Positions 47,282 to 53,745 of a DNA stretch of 64,000 nt are shown piece after piece. Numbering within the stretch: the stretch's first letter is position 1; each line of letters starts with the position of its first letter. The position numbers were made by a program, and so were the translations under genes. The notes beneath the pieces were generated by a model that saw only the letters and a program-made list of their open reading frames with translations, did not search any database and was not told where the DNA came from. Origin of the DNA: Eubacteriales bacterium. Lineage in GTDB: Bacteria > Bacillota > Clostridia > Oscillospirales > CAG-382. The stretch covers positions 270-64,269 of the forward strand of contig JAZSLS010000016.1 of assembly GCA_045535465.1 (NCBI GenBank), written 5' to 3'.

Positions 47282-47973
47282 GCGTTATTGATATAGTAAA
47301 GGCGCATAGCCCCGTGGAGCTTTCCGAGGAAACGCTTGCAAAGCTTGGGGTGATTGCAGCCCGTTTGCAAAGCGAAAATAAAAAATACAACCTTACGGCG
47401 CTTACCGAGGATGAAGACGTAGCACTTTTGCATTTTGCAGACTGCCTGCAGCTTTTTACCGCCTTTGATTTTGACGGCAAAACCGTGGTAGACGTTGGTT
47501 GCGGCGGCGGTTTTCCGTCCCTTGTCCTTGCGGCAAACAGCAAGGCACAGGTTACCGCCCTTGACAGCACCGCCAAAAAGCTGGGCTTTGTGGCGGAAAC
47601 AGCCGTCCTTGCAGGGATAGATAACCTTGGCACCCTTTGCGGCAGAGCAGAAGAGCTTGTGCAAACAAGGCGTGAGAGCTTTGACGCGGCAGTTTCCCGA
47701 GGGGTAAGCCGTCTTAACGCCCTTGCGGAGCTTTGCTTACCCTACGTTAAGGTAGGCGGCACCTTTATAGCTATGAAGGGTGCGGCAGGTGCCGAGGAAG
47801 CTCTTCAAGCAGAAAAGGCTATTAAAACACTGGGCGGAGCCCTTGTGGATATAAAAAGTGCGCCCGTACCCGTTAAGGGCGACGGACACTGTCTTGTAAT
47901 TATAAAAAAGATAGCCCCCACTCCCGAAAAATATCCACGCCCTTGGGCAAAAATAAAGTCAAGCCCTCTATAA
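47278..47973 (+). CDS. rsmG: 16S rRNA (guanine527-N7)-methyltransferase RsmG
   Basis: SAM motif DVGCGGGFP. 4-nt overlap with mnmG. Canonical mnmE-mnmG-rsmG order. Confidence 0.93.
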   Translation: MSVIDIVKAHSPVELSEETLAKLGVIAARLQSENKKYNLTALTEDEDVALLHFADCLQLFTAFDFDGKTVVDVGCGGGFPSLVLAANSKAQVTALDSTAKKLGFVAETAVLAGIDNLGTLCGRAEELVQTRRESFDAAVSRGVSRLNALAELCLPYVKVGGTFIAMKGAAGAEEALQAEKAIKTLGGALVDIKSAPVPVKGDGHCLVIIKKIAPTPEKYPRPWAKIKSSPL

Positions 47974-47976
47974 TAC

Positions 47977-48005
47977 TTGACATCGGGAACGGCAAGTGAT
48001 ATAAT
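47977..48005 (+). promoter_or_regulatory. consensus sigma-A promoter of the cobalamin-riboswitch unit
   Basis: TTGACA (47977-47982), 17-nt spacer, TATAAT (48000-48005). Confidence 0.8.
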
Positions 48006-48029
48006 ACGTCCATACAAAAAGAATAACCG

Positions 48030-48240
48030 TAGGCAAACGCTTTTTGCGTTGGTCGGGCAAGGGTATACCCCTTGTTCGGGGATAAGGAAACAGCGGTGGA
48101 AACCCGCGGCAACAGCCATTACCGTAACAGTCGGAATGCTTATCGCCTATGGAAACGCAAATACCGCCTTGGGCAAAAGGAAGGCAGGCTTTGCAACAGA
48201 AAAGAGTACAAGCAGGGTGCTCTTTGTCTTGGTGCATATG
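48030..48240 (+). promoter_or_regulatory. probable cobalamin riboswitch aptamer
   Basis: By-eye matches to the cobalamin riboswitch core (Rfam RF00174 class): AAGGAAAcagcGGTGgAAAcCCgcggC..GCCattACCGTAAcag (48084-48130) and GGGCAAAAGGAAGGC (48171-48185). The B12-box region matches less clearly. Downstream genes are classic B12-regulon types. Confidence 0.7.
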
Positions 48241-48266
48241 CCGTCCTTCTTGAAGGACGGTTTTTG
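48241..48266 (+). terminator. intrinsic terminator (riboswitch expression platform)
   Basis: CCGTCCTTC TTG AAGGACGG followed by TTTTT. It lies 43 nt upstream of the ATG at 48309. Confidence 0.85.
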
Positions 48267-48308
48267 TATTCTTTTCGTAAAAACAAAAAACGAAAAGGAG
48301 AAAACAAA

Positions 48309-48722
48309 ATGAAAAGAATTACCGCTGCATTTTTAATGCTTATCTGCCTGCTTGCCCTTGCTTCCTGTAAAGGTGAGGTGCCCGACGGGCTTTGGGAAAA
48401 CGCCACTTACACTAAAGACACTGCTTTGGGAGAGGGTGCGACCACTGTTACCGTGGAGGTAAAGGCGGGTGAAAAATCCGTAAGCTTTACCATAAAAACT
48501 GATAAAACCATCCTTGGCGACGCTTTAAAGGAGCATTCTCTTATAGACGGCGACGAAGGTGAGTTTGGGCTTTACATAAAGAAGGTCAACGGCATTACCG
48601 CCGATTACGACGTGGATCAAAGCTACTGGGGCTTTTACAAAAACGGCGAGATGATGATGGAGGGCATTGACCTTACCGAAATAAAAGACGGCGAACACTA
48701 TGAGCTTGTATACACAAAATAA
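48309..48722 (+). CDS. DUF4430 domain lipoprotein (putative corrinoid-binding)
   Basis: ATG at 48309 follows AAAGGAG; the track start at 48072 lies inside the riboswitch. Lipobox LALASC. The C-terminal YWGFYKNGEMMMEGIDLTEIKDGEHYELVY is typical of DUF4430. Confidence 0.75.
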   Translation: MKRITAAFLMLICLLALASCKGEVPDGLWENATYTKDTALGEGATTVTVEVKAGEKSVSFTIKTDKTILGDALKEHSLIDGDEGEFGLYIKKVNGITADYDVDQSYWGFYKNGEMMMEGIDLTEIKDGEHYELVYTK

Positions 48723-49239
48723 AAAAAGGCTTTCCCTGCACGAGATAGTGGTTTTTGCTATGCTCGGCTCCCTTATGTTTTGCTCCAAGATACTTATGGA
48801 GGCGTTTCCAAACATCCACCTGCTTGGGATGTTTACTATGGTTTTTGCCCTCTGTTACCGTGTTAAGGGGCTTATTCCTCTTTATATTTACGTTTTTCTT
48901 AACGGGGTGTACTCGGGCTTTGACCTGTGGTGGATACCGTACCTGTATATATGGACCATCCTTTGGGGTGTGACTATGCTGTTACCAAGGCGTATGCCCG
49001 ATAAGATCAGCGCCGTGGTGTATCCGCTTATTTGCGGGCTGCACGGCGTAGCCTTTGGGGTTTTGTATGCGCCTGCCCAGGCGCTTATGTTTGGCTTGGG
49101 CTTTAAGCAGACCATAGCGTGGGTAATAAGCGGCGTTCCCTTTGATATAAGCCACGCCGTGGGCAACCTTGCCGCAGGGCTTTTGGTGCTTCCTTTGTGT
49201 AAGCTGATAAGGAAAATTGACCGCAGTGCGGTTAAATAA
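48700..49239 (+). CDS. ECF-transporter S-component-like membrane protein (putative corrinoid-specific, CbrT-like)
   Basis: 179 aa with 5-6 TM helices. It is co-oriented with the DUF4430 gene and overlaps it by 23 nt. Assignment of substrate is from context only. Confidence 0.55.
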   Translation: MSLYTQNKKRLSLHEIVVFAMLGSLMFCSKILMEAFPNIHLLGMFTMVFALCYRVKGLIPLYIYVFLNGVYSGFDLWWIPYLYIWTILWGVTMLLPRRMPDKISAVVYPLICGLHGVAFGVLYAPAQALMFGLGFKQTIAWVISGVPFDISHAVGNLAAGLLVLPLCKLIRKIDRSAVK

Positions 49240-49264
49240 AAATAGGGGCTGTTGTACAGCCCCT

Positions 49265-49456
49265 CAGACCGCTGACAAAGGCACAGAGCACGAAAAATAA
49301 TAAAATACAGTTACTCTAAAGTAGAAAATTCAGGGAGAACATCCCTGAATTTTCTGCATTTTATATATTTTTTCGTTCAAAACGAACCTCGGCTCACAGT
49401 ACAAAGTACAGTTATCGCCTCGGTTCGTTTCGTCTGCACCCTTTCTCAGCACTCTG
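49265..49456 (+). mobile_element. MITE-like structured repeat, family 1, copy B
   Basis: Collinear with 23020-23248. It starts directly after the hairpin AGGGGCTG/CAGCCCCT (49244-49264). It contains the hairpin ATTCAGGGA/TCCCTGAAT and is followed by two more hairpins (49456-49515). Confidence 0.7.
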
Positions 49457-49580
49457 CCAGCTTGATGACAAACCTTGTCATCAAGCTGGTGCCTTTCGTT
49501 GTTTACGAAAGGCACATTTATTTGTCCGTTTTATTACTCCCAATTTGTGTTATTATAAAAGCGTGAAAGGAGGGTACAAT

Positions 49581-49799
49581 ATGAAAACCTACACAAGCTA
49601 CGATGAGCTTCCGGCGGTGCTGACTGCAAAGGAGCTGGCCGCCATCCTTCGCATTTCACGCTCGAGTGCGTATCTGCTGATGGCAAAGGAGGGGTTTCCC
49701 TCCGTAAGCGTAGGCAAACGTCGCATTGTACCTAAAAGCCTGTTTATAAGTTGGCTGGAGGGACAAGCTACACAGTTACAATGCCGTCACAAACCTTAA
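49581..49799 (+). CDS. excisionase-family (HTH_17-like) helix-turn-helix DNA-binding protein
   Basis: ATG at 49581 follows GAAAGGAGGG. LTAKELAAILRISRSSAYLLMAKEGFPSVSVGKRRIVPKSLFISWLE matches the Xis/MerR-like HTH pattern. The last 32 nt overlap the convergent dapF. Confidence 0.7.
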   Translation: MKTYTSYDELPAVLTAKELAAILRISRSSAYLLMAKEGFPSVSVGKRRIVPKSLFISWLEGQATQLQCRHKP

Positions 49800-50607
49800 C
49801 GGCAGGCCCGGTCATAAGCACACGCTCTTTAGTTACGTTGATAACAAGCTTGCCGCCCTTAAGATTAACAGTAACGTCTTCACCGTAAGGGCAGTAGCCG
49901 TTGGCGCAAGCCGCCGCCACCGCCGCCGAGGCGCCCGTCCCGCACGCCCAAGTCTCACCGCTTCCACGCTCCCACACTCGCATATCAATGCTGTGGGGGC
50001 TTTTTACTGTTATAAACTCCGCATTAACTCTGTCAGGAAAAACAGCGTGACGTTCCGTAGCGGGACCGTATTTTTCCAGGTCAAAGCTATTTGTATCGTC
50101 AACAAAGCATACGTTGTGGGCGCTTCCCACCGAAACGGCGGTACAGATAAATTCCTTATCCACTATAAAAAGTGGAACTGCAATAGTGCCCTCCGCTTCC
50201 CAGGTTACAGGCACGGCGTCCTTTTCAAAAACAGCCTTGCCCACGTTGGCTGTTGCGCCAACGGCAATACCGTTCGATACCTGCATTTTAAGAGTTTTTA
50301 TGCCGCTTAAGGTTTCAACGCTTATGTCGTCCTTTTTTGCAATGCCGCTGTCGTACAGATATTTGCCCACACAGCGCAAAGCGTTACCGCACATTTTGCC
50401 CTCGCTGCCGTCTGCATTAAACATACGCATTTTGGCATCAGCCACGTCGGAAGGGCATATCATTATAAGGCCGTCGGACCCGATGGAGAAGTGACGCTCA
50501 GACAGCTTTGCAGCCACCTCGTTTGGGTTTTCAAGCTTTTGCTCAAAGCAGTTTATGTAAATGTAATCATTGCCGCAACCGTGCATTTTAGTAAACTTAA
50601 GCTCCAT
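49768..50607 (-). CDS. dapF: diaminopimelate epimerase
   Basis: NADGSEGKMCGNALRC and ACGTGASA catalytic-Cys motifs. 279 aa. Confidence 0.95.
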   Translation of the reverse strand: MELKFTKMHGCGNDYIYINCFEQKLENPNEVAAKLSERHFSIGSDGLIMICPSDVADAKMRMFNADGSEGKMCGNALRCVGKYLYDSGIAKKDDISVETLSGIKTLKMQVSNGIAVGATANVGKAVFEKDAVPVTWEAEGTIAVPLFIVDKEFICTAVSVGSAHNVCFVDDTNSFDLEKYGPATERHAVFPDRVNAEFITVKSPHSIDMRVWERGSGETWACGTGASAAVAAACANGYCPYGEDVTVNLKGGKLVINVTKERVLMTGPAVKVCDGIVTV

Positions 50608-50608
50608 A

Positions 50609-51277
50609 TTACTCTCCTATCTGCCAGCTTATGGCATCCTTACCCAAAAAATTATTAGCGGCAGAAAAATGACGGCAACCAAAAAAGCCGTTGTATGCCG
50701 AAAGCGGGCTTGGATGGGCGGCAGTCAATATAAGGTGACGGTTTTTGTCTATCAAAGCTGCCTTTGCCTTGGCGTAGTTGCCCCAAAGCAAAAATACCAT
50801 AGGCTTTTCCCGTTCATTAAGCAGCTCAATAACCCTGTCCGTAAACAGCTCCCAGCCCTGACCTCGATGGCTTCCTGCCATATTTTCTCTCACCGTAAGC
50901 ACGCTGTTTAGAAGCAAAACACCGTTTTTTGCCCAGTCGGTAAGGCACCCGTGGGAGGGCGCATCTATACCAAGGTCAGCCTTTAGCTCCTTGAAAATAT
51001 TCTGCAGCGACGGAGGCACAGCCGTGCCTTTTTCTACGGAAAAGCAAAGCCCGTGGGCTTGCCCTTCGCCGTGATAAGGGTCTTGACCCAAAATTACTAC
51101 CTTTACGGAGTCATAGTCCGTATACTTAAAGGCGCTGAAAATATTTTCCATTTTAGGGAATATTCTTTTACCGGAATACAGATACTCTTTTTTAAGAAAC
51201 TGCCTAAGCTTTAAGTAGTATTCCTTCTCAAATTCCTCTTTTAAAAGAGAATCCCAGCTATTACCTATATTTACCAA
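50609..51277 (-). CDS. ung: uracil-DNA glycosylase
   Basis: VVILGQDPYH and HPSPLSA motifs. Alignment to known Ung N-termini (SWDSLLKEEFEKEYY) favours the TTG at 51277 over the ATG at 51352. The start is uncertain. Confidence 0.9.
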   Translation of the reverse strand: MVNIGNSWDSLLKEEFEKEYYLKLRQFLKKEYLYSGKRIFPKMENIFSAFKYTDYDSVKVVILGQDPYHGEGQAHGLCFSVEKGTAVPPSLQNIFKELKADLGIDAPSHGCLTDWAKNGVLLLNSVLTVRENMAGSHRGQGWELFTDRVIELLNEREKPMVFLLWGNYAKAKAALIDKNRHLILTAAHPSPLSAYNGFFGCRHFSAANNFLGKDAISWQIGE

Positions 51278-51400
51278 AATTCCACCGCCCTTCAACAATA
51301 AAATATAGCATAAAGTTAACAATAATTCAATACAGCACTTGAAAAAAAGCAATTTTTTTGCTATAATATCCTTGATTATCCAAAAGGGGGAGGTGTTTTT

Positions 51401-52894
51401 GTGGGCAGAAGAATAAGCGTATTTTTACTTTTTGTTTTTTGCTTGTCTTTATTAGGCTCGCAGGGCGCTTTCGCAGCAGAGGATAAGGTAAATATCTTTA
51501 TGGAGAATACCACTGTTACCTACAGCCCTGAAGGATATTTTCCCCAAGCAAGGGCGGAGCTTTTTGCAAATGAGCTAAAATACGAGGTAACCGATAACGC
51601 CACGGGTGCTACCGTGGATGTGCCTGTAAAGGCGGCAGGCAGCTACACCGTACGTGCTTATATGGAAGCTACCGATAAGCACCCCGCAGCATCTGTTACC
51701 GCAAGCCTTACTGTGGAAAAAACCCCCGTTTATATTTCGGTTACGGAAAACGTGGCGGCTCATACCGCTATGGATAATCCCGTTAAATACAGTATTTATC
51801 CCGATTGGGCGGAGCCCTTTGTTACCGTTAATCCCGGCTATCTTGCCATAAAGGATTACAGTGATAAGGGAACGGCTGTAAGCGTTCCAAAGGATATAGG
51901 CAAATATCTTGTTTTTTTTGATGCTGCCGTAAGCAGTGATAATATAAGCTGCGCAGGTAAATATTTGGTATATGAGATAGCCGAAAAAGCAGGCGCTCCT
52001 CTTACAGGTGAGGACGCTTTAAGAAGCGTACCTAAGGATTTTACCGCCAGCATTGAAAGCATAAGTGCGGTTTATTCCGTTGCCTATGAAGCTCCAAAAT
52101 ATCACACTAATATAGCGGGGATAAAAACCACTTTAAAATATAGCCATCTTTACGCTAACGGCACTATGGGGGCGTATACTGAGGAGCTGCCCTCTACTCC
52201 CGGCGACTACGTTGTTTCTTGCTTTGCGTTGGATACGGTTATAGGCAGCGGAAAGCTTATTATTGATAAGCAGGCTCCAAAGATAGAAATGGCAGACGTG
52301 GTTTTTGAATACACGCCCGAGGGTGTATATCCTCCTGCGGCAACCGTTGAGCCTGCAGGCATAGATATGGTTTATAAAGCATATCAGTATAAAAACGGTG
52401 TTGTTGGCGACAGCGTGGCTTTTCCCCTTATTGAATGCGGAAGCTATCTTGTAAGCGCCTATCCTGAAAATACGTCCCTTTACGCCTCTACCGTGGCATA
52501 CTGCACTGTTACTATTGAAAAGGTATTGCCTGTTTTCACTGCAGAAAACACGGTTTTTGAAGCAGACGGCACTCCAAAACCCTTGGCCCTTACCGTGCAG
52601 CCGCCTTTTGCGGAGTATGAGCTTAGCTACTATCAGCTAAAGGACGGCGTTTCCGTTCCTTTGGACGGTGCGCCTGTTTCCGTGGGAGAATATTTTGCTA
52701 CGGCGGTAGTTAAAGCTACCGACGGTATTGAACCTGTTACAAAGGTTTACGGCATCCGCATAGTAGAAGCGGAAAGCAGGGTAAAGGCAGGCTTTGCCAC
52801 GGCGCTTAAGATTATAAGCATAGCCGTTTCCTTTATAGGCTTAGGCTTGGGCTGCGCTGACATTTTAACTAAAATCAGAAAAAGAGGAGCCTAA
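51401..52894 (+). CDS. secreted, C-terminally anchored protein with about five MBG-like repeats
   Basis: GTG start follows GGGGGAGG. Signal peptide (..GSQGAFA). A recurring G-x-Y-x-V motif (AAGSYTVRAY, DIGKYLVFFD, TPGDYVVSCF, ECGSYLVSAY, SVGEYFATAV). C-terminal TM helix plus a KIRKRG tail. Confidence 0.6.
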   Translation: MGRRISVFLLFVFCLSLLGSQGAFAAEDKVNIFMENTTVTYSPEGYFPQARAELFANELKYEVTDNATGATVDVPVKAAGSYTVRAYMEATDKHPAASVTASLTVEKTPVYISVTENVAAHTAMDNPVKYSIYPDWAEPFVTVNPGYLAIKDYSDKGTAVSVPKDIGKYLVFFDAAVSSDNISCAGKYLVYEIAEKAGAPLTGEDALRSVPKDFTASIESISAVYSVAYEAPKYHTNIAGIKTTLKYSHLYANGTMGAYTEELPSTPGDYVVSCFALDTVIGSGKLIIDKQAPKIEMADVVFEYTPEGVYPPAATVEPAGIDMVYKAYQYKNGVVGDSVAFPLIECGSYLVSAYPENTSLYASTVAYCTVTIEKVLPVFTAENTVFEADGTPKPLALTVQPPFAEYELSYYQLKDGVSVPLDGAPVSVGEYFATAVVKATDGIEPVTKVYGIRIVEAESRVKAGFATALKIISIAVSFIGLGLGCADILTKIRKRGA

Positions 52895-53727
52895 TGAGAA
52901 TAATTGAAGCAATAGTCTACGGCTTGGTGCAAGGCGTTGCGGAGTTTTTGCCCATATCAAGCTCAGGGCATTTGGCGCTGGCGCAAAACTTTTTCGGTAC
53001 AGGCAGCGCAGAGGACTTTTTTGGTTTTAACGTGCTTTTACACTTCGGTACTCTTATAGCGGTTTTTGTTATGTATAAGGAGGATGTGTGGGAGCTTATA
53101 AAGGGGTTCTTTTCCCTTTGTGCAAGACCTTTTTGCGGCAAACTGCGTGAAAAGCTTACGTTTTCGGAAAAGCTGGTTTTAATGGTGCTTTCCGCAACTG
53201 TGGTTTTGGTGCCTGCGGCTTTAGCGGACAAATATGTGGTTGCTTTAACAAACGTAAGCTTTGCAATAGGCATTTTGCTTATAATAAACGGCGCTATGCT
53301 TTTCGTTTCCGACCGGCTAAGCGGCGGAGAACTAAGCTTGGAGAGGGCTTCGGTGCGAAACACCTTTTTTATAGGCCTTTTTCAGCTTGCAGGCGTACTT
53401 CCCGGTATATCCCGTTCGGGCTCTACCATAACCGGCGGTCTGTTTGCGGGTTTAAACAGAAAAGACGCAGTCCGTTTTTCGTTTCTTATGTCAATCCCCG
53501 CCATTTTAGGAGCAAACGTTTTGGAGCTTATAACGGCAGAGGGCGACTTTTTTGGCGGCGTAAGCCTTGCGGCGTGCTTTTTGGGTATGTCAGCGGCGGC
53601 GCTGTCAGGTATGTTTGCAATAAAGCTTTTACAGTTTTTTGCAGGAAAAAACAGCTTTACTCCTTTTGCGTTGTACTGCTTTGCGGCCGGTACTGCCGCA
53701 ATAGTGGGAGATATAATTATAAAATAA
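52894..53727 (+). CDS. uppP: undecaprenyl-diphosphate phosphatase
   Basis: EFLPISSSGHL and PGISRSGSTI motifs. 277 aa. Confidence 0.95.
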   Translation: MRIIEAIVYGLVQGVAEFLPISSSGHLALAQNFFGTGSAEDFFGFNVLLHFGTLIAVFVMYKEDVWELIKGFFSLCARPFCGKLREKLTFSEKLVLMVLSATVVLVPAALADKYVVALTNVSFAIGILLIINGAMLFVSDRLSGGELSLERASVRNTFFIGLFQLAGVLPGISRSGSTITGGLFAGLNRKDAVRFSFLMSIPAILGANVLELITAEGDFFGGVSLAACFLGMSAAALSGMFAIKLLQFFAGKNSFTPFALYCFAAGTAAIVGDIIIK

Positions 53728-53745
53728 AAATCAGGTTGGTAAAAT

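Noticed and set aside
43388-48000. Possible replication origin, because mnmE-mnmG-rsmG usually lie near oriC.
   Set aside because: I found only isolated 8-of-9 DnaA-box-like matches (for example ATATCCACA near 22826 and CTATCCACA near 38870). There is no cluster, no dnaA/dnaN and no AT-rich unwinding element next to boxes in this window.
49240-49800. Prophage or ICE boundary around the excisionase-like gene and repeat copy B.
   Set aside because: There are no integrase, recombinase, relaxase, capsid or replication genes and no tRNA target within several kb. Only a relic or a stand-alone regulator can be argued; see the finding at 49581-49799.
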